DNA of 64,000 bases from Pseudonocardia sp. (GTDB taxonomy: Bacteria; Actinomycetota; Actinomycetes; Mycobacteriales; Pseudonocardiaceae): assembly GCA_050248815.1 (NCBI GenBank), contig JBFWRR010000007.1, forward strand, positions 5,335 through 69,334, given 5' to 3'. The first letter of the stretch is position 1. Each line of letters starts with the position of its first letter. The position numbers were made by a program, and so were the translations under genes. The notes under the pieces are model-generated. The model worked only from the letters and a program-made list of their open reading frames with translations, had not been told where the DNA came from and did not search any database. Shown piece by piece: positions 1 through 9,574 of the stretch.

Positions 1-106
1 GCAGGGGGTGGGTGCGCCCCTTCGCAGGGGGTGGGTGCGCTTCTCGCAGGGGGTGGGCGCGCTTCGCAGGGACCGCAGCGTCTGCGAGGCGTCGCGCAGC
101 CCTGCG
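1..106. repeat. Degenerate 20-23 bp tandem repeat (GCAGGGGGTGGGYGCGC core, x3) ending in a CTCGCAG...CTGCGAG palindromic element
   Basis: GCAGGGGGTGGGTGCGC recurs at 1 and 24, with a variant at 46. CTCGCAG (43-49) and CTGCGAG (82-88) are inverted. The repeat may extend left of the window. Confidence 0.8.
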
Positions 107-222
107 CGGCGTCCGGCTGGGCTGGGGCCGCGGCCCCGTCGCCTCCGCCCGTCCGCGGGGCCGCCCCGGCGACCCGAACACATCTGCTTCCCCGTCCGGG
201 GCCGCCCAGGCACGATCGGGTG

Positions 223-1479
223 GTGACCGGTACCGCGCAGCAGCACGACACCGCCGCCGTCCAGCGCCGGACGATCGCCGTCCTGGCCGTGGCCCAGGTC
301 CTCGGTGGCGTCGGTGTGGCGACGTCGATCGTCGTGGGCACGCTGGTCGGGGCCCGGATCTCCGGCTCGGACGGTGTGGGCGGGCTCGCGCTGACCGCCC
401 TGGTGCTGGGCGCGGCGCTCGCGGCACTGGTGCTGGCCCGGGTGGCGACCCGGTCGGGCAGGCGGCCGGCGATCACGCTGGGCTTCGGCGCGGCGGCGCT
501 CGGCTCGGCCGCGGCCGCGCTGGCCGTGGTGGTGGGCAGCGTCGTGCTTCTGCTGGTGGGCCTGCTCCTGCTCGGCTCTGCGACCGCCGCGGGGCTCGCG
601 GCCCGCTACGCCGCCACCGACCTGGCAGAGCCGCGGCGGCGGGCGCGCGCACTGGCGTTGGTGGTCTGGGCGACGACGATCGGCGCCGTCGCGGGCCCGA
701 ACCTCGCCGGGCCCTCCCAGGTCATCGGCACCGCGCTCGGCCTCCCGCCGGACGCAGGCCCGTTCCTGCTCTGCGCCGTGGCGGTCGGCGCGGCCGCCGC
801 GACGGCCTGGATCGGGCTGCGTCCCGATCCGCTGCTGCTCGCCAGGGCCGCGGCGGCCCCGGCGGGGCCCGTCCGGGCCCCCGACGTGACCGGCCGCGAC
901 GTGCGGGCCGCGCTGCGGGCGCACCCGATCGCCCTGCTCGGCCTCACCGGGGTGGCGCTCGGGCATCTGGTGATGATCGCGCTGATGTCGATGACGCCGG
1001 TGCACATGGACCACGGCGGCGCCAGCCTGGAGGTGATCGGGCTGGTCATCAGCCTGCACGTCGCCGGGATGTACGCGTTCAGCCCGCTGTTCGGCTGGCT
1101 CGCCGACCGCACGGGCCGGGTCCGCACCCTCGCCCTCGGCGCGGCCCTGCTCGCGGCCTCCGCGGTCCTCGGCGCGCTCGCCGACCCGCACGACACCGTC
1201 GTGCTCGCGGTGGCGCTCACGCTGCTCGGGCTGGGCTGGTCCGCCGGCCTGATCGCCGGGTCGACGCTGCTCACCGAATCCCTGCCGGTCGACGTGCGGC
1301 CCCGGGCGCAGGGCCTGTCCGACGTCACGATGAACGTCGCAGGTGGCGTCGCGGGCATCGCGGCGGGGCTCACCGTCGCGGCCTCGTCGTTCGCCCTGCT
1401 CGGTGTGGTGGCCGCCGTCCTGGTGATCCCGTACCTGCTCGTGACCGGGACACTCGCCGTGCGGACGGCCACCGCCTGA
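223..1479 (+). CDS. MFS transporter
   Basis: About 12 hydrophobic helices and MFS motif A-like strings (ATRSGRRPA, LADRTGRVR). GTG at 223 lies 6 nt after a CACGAT -10-like hexamer; the track start at 31 is in the repeat. Confidence 0.88.
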   Translation: MTGTAQQHDTAAVQRRTIAVLAVAQVLGGVGVATSIVVGTLVGARISGSDGVGGLALTALVLGAALAALVLARVATRSGRRPAITLGFGAAALGSAAAALAVVVGSVVLLLVGLLLLGSATAAGLAARYAATDLAEPRRRARALALVVWATTIGAVAGPNLAGPSQVIGTALGLPPDAGPFLLCAVAVGAAAATAWIGLRPDPLLLARAAAAPAGPVRAPDVTGRDVRAALRAHPIALLGLTGVALGHLVMIALMSMTPVHMDHGGASLEVIGLVISLHVAGMYAFSPLFGWLADRTGRVRTLALGAALLAASAVLGALADPHDTVVLAVALTLLGLGWSAGLIAGSTLLTESLPVDVRPRAQGLSDVTMNVAGGVAGIAAGLTVAASSFALLGVVAAVLVIPYLLVTGTLAVRTATA

Positions 1480-1511
1480 CCGGCCGGGAGCGCGCCACTA
1501 CCCTGGGTGAT

Positions 1512-3452
1512 GTGACTGCCCCACCGTCCGTCTTCCCCGTCCTCGAGACGCTGCTGCCGGCCGTCCGCAAGCCCGTGCAGTACGTCGGAGGCGAGCTGAA
1601 CGCGCGCCCGGCGGGCGACGCCGCGTGGGACGCGACGCCGGTGCGCTGGGCGCTGCTCTACCCCGACGCATACGAGGTCGGGCTGCCCAACCAGGGCGTC
1701 ATGATCCTCTACGAGCTGCTCAACGAGCGCCCGGACGCGCTTGCCGAACGCTGCTACGCGGTCCAGCCCGACCTCGAGGAGCTCATGCGCTCGCGCGGCG
1801 TTCCGGCGTTCACGGTCGACGCCCACCGGCCGGTCGGCGCGTTCGACGTGCTGGGTGTGAGCTTCGCCACCGAGCTCGGCTACACGAACCTGCTCACCAC
1901 GCTCGACCTCGCCGGGATCCCGCTGCACGCGGTGGACCGGGGGATCGACCACCCGGTCGTCGTCGGCGGCGGGCACGCTGCGTTCAACCCGGAGCCGGTC
2001 GCGGACTTCGTGGACGTCGCGGCGCTCGGTGACGGCGAGGAGGCCGTCGGCGACATCACCGAGGTCGTCCGGGACTGGAAGGCGGCGGGCCGCCCCGGCG
2101 GGCGCCGCGAGCTGTTGCTGCGCCTGGCCGCGACGCCGGGCTGCTACGTCCCGTCGCTCTACGACGTCGCCTACGGCCCGGACGGCGCGATCGCGGCGGT
2201 GCGGCCGCTCGACCCGCGCGTCCCCGCCACCGTGCAGAAGCGCACCACCGTCGACCTCGACGAGTGGCCCTACCCGAAGACGCCGATCGTCCCGCTCGCC
2301 GAGACGGTGCACGAGCGGGCGTCGGTGGAGATCTTCCGCGGCTGCACCCGCGGCTGCCGCTTCTGCCAGGCCGGGATGATCACCCGTCCGGTCCGGGAGC
2401 GGTCGCTGCGCGGCATCGGGGAGATGGTGGACTCCGCGGTGCACGCGAGCGGGTTCGACGAGGTCGGCCTGCTGTCGCTGTCGAGTGCGGACCACTCCGA
2501 GATCGCCGAGGTGACCAAGGGCCTCGCGGACCGCTACGACGGCACCCACACCACGCTCTCGCTGCCGTCGACGCGAGTGGACGCGTTCAACATCGACCTC
2601 GCGAACGAGATCAGCCGCAACGGCCGCCGCTCCGGGCTCACCTTCGCCCCCGAGGGTGGTTCGGAGCGGATCCGGCGCGTGATCAACAAGATGGTGTCGG
2701 AGGAGGACCTCATCCGCACCGTCTCGGCCGCGTTCTCGCAGGGCTGGCGGCAGGTGAAGCTCTACTTCATGTGCGGGCTGCCCACCGAGGAGGACGCCGA
2801 CGTCCTGCAGATCGCGCAGATGGCCCACGACGTCATCCGGGCGGGTCGCGCCGCCTCCGGGCGCAACGACGTGCGCTGCACGATCTCCATCGGCGGGTTC
2901 GTTCCCAAGCCGCACACCCCGTTCCAGTGGGCGGCGCAGGCGCACCCGGACGTCGTCGACGCGCGGCTGCGCAAGCTGCGCGAAGAGATCAACTCCGACC
3001 GGCGGCTCGGGCGCAACGTCGGCATGCGCTACCACGACGGGCAGCCCTCGCTGATCGAAGGGCTGCTCGCACGGGGCGACCGCCGCGTCGGCGCGGTGAT
3101 CGAGGCGGTGTGGCGCGACGGCGGCCGTTTCGACGGCTGGAGCGAGTGCTTCTCCTACGAACGCTGGGTGGCCGCCTGCAAGGCCGAGCTGGAGCCGCGG
3201 GGCGTCTCGCTGGAGTGGTTCACCACCCGCGAGCGCGACCGTGACGAGATCCTGCCCTGGGACCACCTCGACTCCGGGCTGGACCGGGACTGGCTCTGGG
3301 AGGACTGGCAGGACGCCCTCGACGGGCGCGAGCAGGACGACTGCCGCTGGACGCCCTGCTTCGACTGCGGGGTCTGCCCGTCCACCGGCACCGACATCCA
3401 GGTCGGCCCCAGCGGGACCACGCTCCTGCCGCTCACGGTCGTGAACCGCTGA
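1512..3452 (+). CDS. TIGR03960-family B12-binding radical SAM protein
   Basis: CxxxCxxC motif (GCTRGCRFCQAG), N-terminal KPVQYVGGE/YPDAYEVGLPNQG block and C-terminal CFDCGVC. GTG at 1512 lies 7 nt after TACCCT (leaderless). Confidence 0.93.
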   Translation: MTAPPSVFPVLETLLPAVRKPVQYVGGELNARPAGDAAWDATPVRWALLYPDAYEVGLPNQGVMILYELLNERPDALAERCYAVQPDLEELMRSRGVPAFTVDAHRPVGAFDVLGVSFATELGYTNLLTTLDLAGIPLHAVDRGIDHPVVVGGGHAAFNPEPVADFVDVAALGDGEEAVGDITEVVRDWKAAGRPGGRRELLLRLAATPGCYVPSLYDVAYGPDGAIAAVRPLDPRVPATVQKRTTVDLDEWPYPKTPIVPLAETVHERASVEIFRGCTRGCRFCQAGMITRPVRERSLRGIGEMVDSAVHASGFDEVGLLSLSSADHSEIAEVTKGLADRYDGTHTTLSLPSTRVDAFNIDLANEISRNGRRSGLTFAPEGGSERIRRVINKMVSEEDLIRTVSAAFSQGWRQVKLYFMCGLPTEEDADVLQIAQMAHDVIRAGRAASGRNDVRCTISIGGFVPKPHTPFQWAAQAHPDVVDARLRKLREEINSDRRLGRNVGMRYHDGQPSLIEGLLARGDRRVGAVIEAVWRDGGRFDGWSECFSYERWVAACKAELEPRGVSLEWFTTRERDRDEILPWDHLDSGLDRDWLWEDWQDALDGREQDDCRWTPCFDCGVCPSTGTDIQVGPSGTTLLPLTVVNR

Positions 3453-3952
3453 TCAGCGAGCCCGCCATCCGGGTCGCCGACGAGCGCGACGTCACAGCCC
3501 TGGCCGCACTGCGCCGGGCCTGGCTGGAGGAGCGCACGGGCGAGGCGGGCGACCCCGCGTTCGAGGAGGCGTTCGCCCAGTGGTGGCGCGCCGAGCTGCC
3601 GCGGCGGACGTTCTGGGTCGCCGAGGTCGGCACGGCGCGCAGCGGGTACACGGCGGTCGGGTCGATCAACGTCGTGGAGATCGTCCACATGCCCCGGCCC
3701 GGCGCCCGGGGCGGGCGGATCGGCCACGTCGGGAACACGTTCGTGCTGCACGCCTTCGCCGGGCGCGGGCTGCCCGATGCGCTGCTCGCCGCCGCGATCG
3801 AGCACGCGCGGCGACGCCGGTACCGGCGGCTCGTGCTCGCCCCGACGGCGGGCAGCGCCGCGTTCTACCGCGCGGCGGGTTTCGAGCCCGCCGGGGAGGG
3901 TCTGCTGGTGCTGGACCCGTCGACGCTCCCGGACCCGGCACCGTCGGATTGA
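3449..3952 (+). CDS. GNAT family N-acetyltransferase (probable non-canonical start)
   Basis: The frame is open from 3449 and reads IRVADERDVTALAALR...GHVGNTFVLHAFAGRGLPDALL...FYRAAGF, i.e. the GNAT N-terminus, motif A and FY..GF. There is no ATG/GTG/TTG before 3674. Confidence 0.8.
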   Translation: MISEPAIRVADERDVTALAALRRAWLEERTGEAGDPAFEEAFAQWWRAELPRRTFWVAEVGTARSGYTAVGSINVVEIVHMPRPGARGGRIGHVGNTFVLHAFAGRGLPDALLAAAIEHARRRRYRRLVLAPTAGSAAFYRAAGFEPAGEGLLVLDPSTLPDPAPSD

Positions 3953-4064
3953 CCGGTGATCACCGTTCGGGTGCAAAGGCACCGGATGCGGTCGCCTCCC
4001 GTGCCGAGGCGGTGATCATGTGGGCGCGGGCGGGTGCCGGGCGCGCGGGTCGTAGGCTCCTGGC

Positions 4065-4856
4065 ATGGCTCGCGTGCGACCTGGTCAGGCCGCCAACCCG
4101 GCCCCCCCGACGGTGGCGCGGGTCCGCCTGCGCTTCGCGAAACGCGGGCGGCTGCGGTTCCTGTCGCACCGCGACGTCGCCCGCAGCTTCGAGCGGGCCG
4201 TCCGCCGCGCCGGCGTGCCCGTCTCGCACTCCCACGGCTTCAGCCCGCACCCGCGGCTGTCGTGGGTCGGCGCCGCGCCGACCGGGGCGGCCAGCGAGGC
4301 CGAGTACGTCGAGATCGGTCTGACCCGCGATGTGGATCCCGACGAGCTCGCCCGGGCGCTGGACGCGGCGCTGCCCGACGGCCTGGACGTGCTCGCGGCC
4401 GTCCGGGCGTCAGGAGGCGCGCTCGCGGACCGCATCGACACCGCCGTATGGCGGATCGAGCTGCCCGATGTGGATCCGGTCACGCTCGGCCTGGCGGTCG
4501 ATGCCCTGCTCGCGGCCGAGCGCGTGGTGGTCGAGCGGATCACCCCGTCGGGCCGCCGGGAGGTCGACGTGCGGGCTGCACTGGCCCGGCTGGAGGTCGA
4601 GAGCGGCAGTTCGAGCCTCGGACCTGCGGGCACCTCCCTGTCGAGTGTCACATCTGCGGACGCGTCCCCGGCACCGCGGTGCTGTGCGATACTGACCGCG
4701 GTCGTACGGCAGTCGACACCTGCCGTCCGACCCGACGACGTGTTGGGTGCACTCGACGTTGTCGCAGGTCTTCGGCCTCCGGTGCCCGCGCGAGCGACCC
4801 GGACGGCCCAGGGGCTGCTCGACGACCGGGGCATCCTCGCCGATCCCCTCGGCTGA
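4065..4856 (+). CDS. TIGR03936/DUF2344 radical SAM-associated protein
   Basis: RLRFAKRGRLRFLSHRD...SHGFSPHPRLS signature; TAGGCT -10 lies 6 nt upstream of the ATG. Confidence 0.92.
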   Translation: MARVRPGQAANPAPPTVARVRLRFAKRGRLRFLSHRDVARSFERAVRRAGVPVSHSHGFSPHPRLSWVGAAPTGAASEAEYVEIGLTRDVDPDELARALDAALPDGLDVLAAVRASGGALADRIDTAVWRIELPDVDPVTLGLAVDALLAAERVVVERITPSGRREVDVRAALARLEVESGSSSLGPAGTSLSSVTSADASPAPRCCAILTAVVRQSTPAVRPDDVLGALDVVAGLRPPVPARATRTAQGLLDDRGILADPLG

Positions 4857-5085
4857 CGTCCGGGTCACCACCCGGGACGCCGCCGTCCGATTCGGCGCCT
4901 GCTGCCGGCCCCCCGCCGGCGACGGACCGGCGTCGAGCAATGCGTGGCGCGGACGAACCCGGTAACGGGCCGGCTGCCCGCGACGAGCACGATCTTGAGG
5001 ATTGCTTCCCGCACACCCGCGGGAAGAACGCACGTGCCCCTGCGCGGCCGCCTCCTGGTGAGGCGCCCGGGGGTGAAGGAGCTGA

Positions 5086-8000
5086 ATGTCGGATATCGAT
5101 TCGCCCGCCGGTCGCACCGGCGGGCCTGTCCCCGTACCCGCGCTGGACGATCTGCCGGAGAAGCTGCGGGTGCACGCGCTCGCGCGGCTGCTCGGGCGCA
5201 CCAGCAAGGAGGTCCTCGCGACCCTGGCCGAGCTGGGGGTCGAGGCGCGCAGCGCGCAGTCCAGCGTCCTGCGAAAGGACGCGGAGCAGGTCGTCACGGC
5301 GCTGCTGCCCCCGGCGGAGGGCGATGCGCCCGGTGATCCGGGCGAGGTGACGGGCGGACCCGCTGCGGGCCTCCGGGAGGACGATCGCGGGGCGGCCGCG
5401 GATGCCGCGCCCGCCGCGAGTGACCCCGTGTCGGCGGCGAGTACCCCGGCGAGCGTTCCCGAGCCGACGGCGCCCGCCGGGAGCCCTCCCGTGCCCGCCG
5501 CGAGCACGCCGGCGACCGGCCCCGAGCCGACGGCACCCGCCCCGGCGGTGGGCCCGCCGGCTCCGGCGCAGGCCGTTCCCGCCGTCCCGCTCTTCGGCGC
5601 CGCCGAACCGGCCGCCGCGGCGGCCACCACGCCCGTCTTCGCCCCCGCGACGCCGCTGTTCCAGCCGCCGGCTCCCGCCACCCGCACCCGGCGCCGTTCC
5701 CGCTCCACGGCCTCCACGGCCTCCTCGGCCGCCGAGGTCACTGACACGACGGACTCCACGGCAGCCGCGAGCACCGCGGATGCCGCCGCCGCACCCGCCG
5801 AGGCCGACGGCTCCGCCGAGACCCTCGACACGACTCTCGACACGGCCCTCGACACGGCCCTCGACGGTGACGCAGATACCGCCGATACCGCCGATGCCGG
5901 CCCGGACGACGACGGTGAGGGTGGACGGCGCAGGCGCCGTCGCGGCCGCCGGGGCCGCGGTCGCGGCCGGGGAGCCGACGACGCCACCGACGAGCCGGAC
6001 GACTCCGGGGACGCCGAGCGCGGCGACGGCCCGGCGCAGGACGCCGACAGTGCCGACACGGCCGACACGGCCGACACGGACGCCGGAACCGACGAGGACG
6101 AGACCGACGACGAGGAGGCGGGGGAGTCGGACGAGTCCGGCGGTTCCCGGCGCCGCAGGCGCCGCCGCCGCCGTCGGGGCAACGGCGACGACGCGGACGA
6201 TTCGGGCGCGGCCGATCCGCCGAACACCGTCACGAGGCTCCGCTCGTCGCGTGGCCGGGACTCCGACGCCGACCGGGACTCCGACGACGGGGTGCAGAGC
6301 GTGCGCGGATCCACCCGCCTCGAGGCGAAGCGCCAGCGCCGCCGGGACGGTCGCGACGCGGGCCGACGCCGCGTCCCGATCCTGTCCGAGGCCGAGTTCC
6401 TGGCCCGCCGCGAGTCCGTGGACCGGGCGATGGTCGTGCGCGAGCGCGGCGACCGCGTCGAGATCGCGGTGCTGGAGGACGACGTCCTCGTCGAGCACTT
6501 CGTCACGGGCGGCGTGGACGGCTCCGGCAACGGCACGGGCAAGTCGATCGTCGGCAACATCTACCTTGGCCGCGTGCAGAACGTGCTGCCCTCGATGGAG
6601 GCGGCGTTCGTCGACATCGGGCGCGGCCGAAACGCCGTGCTCTACGCCGGTGAGGTCGACTGGGACGCCGCCGGGCTCGGCGGCAAGGCGCGGCGCATCG
6701 AGCAGGCCCTCTCCAGCGGCGACTCCGTGCTCGTGCAGGTCACGAAGGACCCGCTCGGGCACAAGGGCGCGCGGCTGACCACCCAGATCAGCCTCGCCGG
6801 CCGGTTCCTGGTCTACGTGCCCTCCGGCGGCGCGGCGGGGATCAGCCGCAAGCTGCCCGACGTCGAGCGCCGCCGCCTCAAGGACATGCTCAAGGAGATC
6901 GTCCCCAGCGAGGCCGGGGTGATCATCCGGACGGCCTCGGAGGGCGTGAGCCAGGAGGCGCTGGAGCGCGACGTCCGCCGCCTGCAGGCGCAGTGGGAGG
7001 TCGTCAAGGGCAAGGCGGAGGCCACGGGCCCGAGCAGGCCGAAGGCGCCGTCGCTGCTCTACGAGGAGCCGGACCTGCTGATCAAGGTCGTGCGCGACCA
7101 GTTCAACGAGGACTTCTCCACGCTCGTCGTCGCCGGGGACGACGCCTGGGACACGGTGTCCGGGTACGTCGGCCACGTCGCCCCCGAGCTGGTGGACCGG
7201 CTGCACCGCCACGTCGGGCCCGCCGACGTGTTCGCGGAGTACCGCATCGACGAGCAGCTGCTGAAGGCCCTGGACCGGAAGGTGTGGCTGCCCTCGGGCG
7301 GCACGCTGGTGATCGACCGCACCGAGGCGATGACGGTCATCGACGTGAACACCGGCAAGTTCACCGGGTCCGGCGGCAACCTCGAGGAGACCGTCACCCG
7401 CAACAACCTCGAGGCGGCCGAGGAGGTCGTGCGCCAGCTGCGGCTGCGCGACATCGGCGGCATCATCGTGATCGACTTCATCGACATGGTGCTGGAGGCC
7501 AACCGCGACCTCGTCCTTCGCAGGCTCACCGAATGCCTGGCCCGCGACCGCACCCGCCACCAGGTGGCCGAGGTCACCTCCCTGGGTCTGGTGCAGATGA
7601 CGCGCAAGCGGGTCGGCGGAGGGCTCCTGGAGCACTTCTCCACCACCTGCGAGCACTGCCGCGGCCGCGGGGTCGTCGTCAACGCCGAGCCGGTGGCCGA
7701 GCGGGTCGAGACCGGCCGCGGTCCGGACCGGGACGGCCGCCGTTCCCGCGGAGGACGCCGCCGCGGCGACGGGCCACAGGCCGGGGACGGCGGGCGCAAC
7801 GGCCGCTCGGCGGACGCGGAGCGGGGCCCGGTCCTTCCGGAGCCCGCGGCCGGTGCCGCCGGGCCCGGGACAGGGCAGGCCGCGGAGCCGGCGGAGCCGG
7901 CATCGGCGGAAGCCGTCGAGCCGGTGGCTCCCGCCGAGGCAGTGGTTCAGGAGGCGGTGGTTCAGGAGGCAGTGGCTCAGGAGGCGGTGGAGAAGGCGGT

Positions 8001-8745
8001 CGTGGTCCAGGAGGCGCTGGCCGCGGCGGTGAGCGCGGTCGCGGCGCCGGTCGACGCGCCCGCCGCGACGGCGGCCGCCTCGACAGCCGCGCCGGCCGGG
8101 CCGGGGGTGGTGACAGAGCGGGCCGAGGCGTCCGATCGGGTCGGGCCCGGCGTGGTGGCCGAGCAGGTGGGAACGGCCGACCAGGCTGGGACGCCCGAGC
8201 GGACCGCGGCAGCCGCCGCCGTCGCGGTGACCGGGTCCTCGTCGTTCGCGCCTGCGGCACCGGAGCAGACGGCCTCCCCGGAGGTCACCACGGTGTCAGC
8301 CGGGCGCACTGCGGGGCCCACGCCGGACCCGGCGGGCGACCGCCTGCCGAACGGCGTGGCCGACGGTGGGGGTGGTGTGGGTGGTGTGGGCGCAGCCGAC
8401 GCGGCCGCGCCGGCCCCCCGTGCCCGGCGCCGCGCCGTCCGCCGCAACGCCGGCGCACCGAGTGTGCCCGGTGGGGAGGCCACGGTCGCGGTGGTGACGG
8501 TCGCGGCGACGGACGGAGCGGCCACCGACGGCGGGGCGGCCTCGACCGGCCCGGCGACCGGGGCCTCGACCGGCTCGTCCACCGCAGGCGTCGTGGCCGG
8601 GCTCGCCGGCGTGGTCCCGCAGCCCGAGCCCACGGCCACGGCGCGCCCGCGCCGCGCCCGGCGCGTGGCATCCCGACCGGCCGGTCCGCCCGCGGCGGAG
8701 GCCGGCGAACCGGTGCCGGTGGAATCCGGGGGAGACCCGGTGTGA
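5086..8745 (+). CDS. rne: Ribonuclease E (actinobacterial type, catalytic core flanked by long disordered regions)
   Basis: GNIYLGRVQNVLPSMEAAFVDIG (S1 domain), IDVNTGKF, LRLRDIGGIIVIDFIDM, CEHCRGRG Zn-link, N-terminal KLRVHALA domain; SD AAGGAG. Confidence 0.96.
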   Translation: MSDIDSPAGRTGGPVPVPALDDLPEKLRVHALARLLGRTSKEVLATLAELGVEARSAQSSVLRKDAEQVVTALLPPAEGDAPGDPGEVTGGPAAGLREDDRGAAADAAPAASDPVSAASTPASVPEPTAPAGSPPVPAASTPATGPEPTAPAPAVGPPAPAQAVPAVPLFGAAEPAAAAATTPVFAPATPLFQPPAPATRTRRRSRSTASTASSAAEVTDTTDSTAAASTADAAAAPAEADGSAETLDTTLDTALDTALDGDADTADTADAGPDDDGEGGRRRRRRGRRGRGRGRGADDATDEPDDSGDAERGDGPAQDADSADTADTADTDAGTDEDETDDEEAGESDESGGSRRRRRRRRRRGNGDDADDSGAADPPNTVTRLRSSRGRDSDADRDSDDGVQSVRGSTRLEAKRQRRRDGRDAGRRRVPILSEAEFLARRESVDRAMVVRERGDRVEIAVLEDDVLVEHFVTGGVDGSGNGTGKSIVGNIYLGRVQNVLPSMEAAFVDIGRGRNAVLYAGEVDWDAAGLGGKARRIEQALSSGDSVLVQVTKDPLGHKGARLTTQISLAGRFLVYVPSGGAAGISRKLPDVERRRLKDMLKEIVPSEAGVIIRTASEGVSQEALERDVRRLQAQWEVVKGKAEATGPSRPKAPSLLYEEPDLLIKVVRDQFNEDFSTLVVAGDDAWDTVSGYVGHVAPELVDRLHRHVGPADVFAEYRIDEQLLKALDRKVWLPSGGTLVIDRTEAMTVIDVNTGKFTGSGGNLEETVTRNNLEAAEEVVRQLRLRDIGGIIVIDFIDMVLEANRDLVLRRLTECLARDRTRHQVAEVTSLGLVQMTRKRVGGGLLEHFSTTCEHCRGRGVVVNAEPVAERVETGRGPDRDGRRSRGGRRRGDGPQAGDGGRNGRSADAERGPVLPEPAAGAAGPGTGQAAEPAEPASAEAVEPVAPAEAVVQEAVVQEAVAQEAVEKAVVVQEALAAAVSAVAAPVDAPAATAAASTAAPAGPGVVTERAEASDRVGPGVVAEQVGTADQAGTPERTAAAAAVAVTGSSSFAPAAPEQTASPEVTTVSAGRTAGPTPDPAGDRLPNGVADGGGGVGGVGAADAAAPAPRARRRAVRRNAGAPSVPGGEATVAVVTVAATDGAATDGGAASTGPATGASTGSSTAGVVAGLAGVVPQPEPTATARPRRARRVASRPAGPPAAEAGEPVPVESGGDPV

Positions 8746-8868
8746 CACCCGCGAGGACCTTTCCGTACCCTGGGACGTCGAGTGCCGGAACACCTCGCGG
8801 TTCCGGCCGGGTCGGCACCGCCCGCCCGATCCAGTAGGCCCCCCGATTTCAGGAGTCGTGCGTCCACG

Positions 8869-9177
8869 ATGTACGCGATCGTCAAGACCGGCGGCAAGCA
8901 GTACAAGGTAGCCGTCGACGACGTGCTCACCGTCGAGAAGATCGTCGGCGAGCCCGGCGCGGAGGTCAGCCTCCCGGCCGTCCTCCTCGTGGACGGCGAC
9001 GAGCTGACCACCGATGCCGATGCCCTCGCTGCGGCGTCGATCACCGCGAAGGTGGTCGAGCACACCAAGGGTCCGAAGATCCGCATCCACAAGTTCAAGA
9101 ACAAGACCGGCTACCACAAGCGGCAGGGCCACCGCCAGCCGCTGACGAAGCTCCAGGTCACGAAGATCGCGAAGTAG
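8869..9177 (+). CDS. rplU: 50S ribosomal protein L21
   Basis: [14 protein letters not shown]...GHRQPLT; SD AGGAG upstream. Confidence 0.98.
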   Translation: MYAIVKTGGKQYKVAVDDVLTVEKIVGEPGAEVSLPAVLLVDGDELTTDADALAAASITAKVVEHTKGPKIRIHKFKNKTGYHKRQGHRQPLTKLQVTKIAK

Positions 9178-9183
9178 GTCGAG

Positions 9184-9438
9184 ATGGCACACAAGAAGGG
9201 CGCGTCCAGCTCGCGCAACGGCCGCGACTCGAACGCCCAGCGCCTCGGCGTGAAGCGGTTCGGCGGCCAGGTCGTGAACGCTGGTGAGATCATCGTCCGC
9301 CAGCGGGGCACCAAGTTCCACCCGGGGACGGGCGTCGGCCGCGGCGGGGACGACACGCTGTTCGCGCTGGTCGAGGGCGCGGTGCAGTTCGGCTTCACGA
9401 AGGGCCGCAAGGTCGTCAACGTGGTGCCGCAGGCCTGA
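9184..9438 (+). CDS. rpmA: 50S ribosomal protein L27
   Basis: [24 protein letters not shown]. Confidence 0.99.
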   Translation: MAHKKGASSSRNGRDSNAQRLGVKRFGGQVVNAGEIIVRQRGTKFHPGTGVGRGGDDTLFALVEGAVQFGFTKGRKVVNVVPQA

Positions 9439-9517
9439 GAGGCCTGCAGTGCTCGCAGCGGACGCTGCGAGCGAGCGGCATCGGCGGGGGCCGCCAGGCC
9501 CCACAGCTGATTCGTGA

Positions 9518-9554
9518 CCGACGGCGGGCCGCCCACCGGGTGGCCCGCCGTCGG
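9518..9554 (+). terminator. GC-rich hairpin after rplU-rpmA (possible terminator or processing stem)
   Basis: CCGACGGCGGGCC (9518-9530) pairs with GGCCCGCCGTCGG (9542-9554); there is no U-tract. Confidence 0.5.
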
Positions 9555-9574
9555 CGTGTGTGGAGGACGGGGCG

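Noticed and set aside
12-1511. N-terminal 500 aa of track ORF 12..3452
   Set aside because: It overlaps the MFS gene in another frame; the radical SAM homology and a TACCCT -10 place the start at 1512.
4410-9104. Very long minus-strand ORFs opposite rne (4410..6560, 4648..7656, 7977..9104) and similar ones elsewhere (15897..19148, 42572..46837, 54594..59108)
   Set aside because: These are antisense or alternate-frame shadows of well-supported genes in very high-GC DNA; they are Arg/Pro/Gly-rich with no domain motifs.
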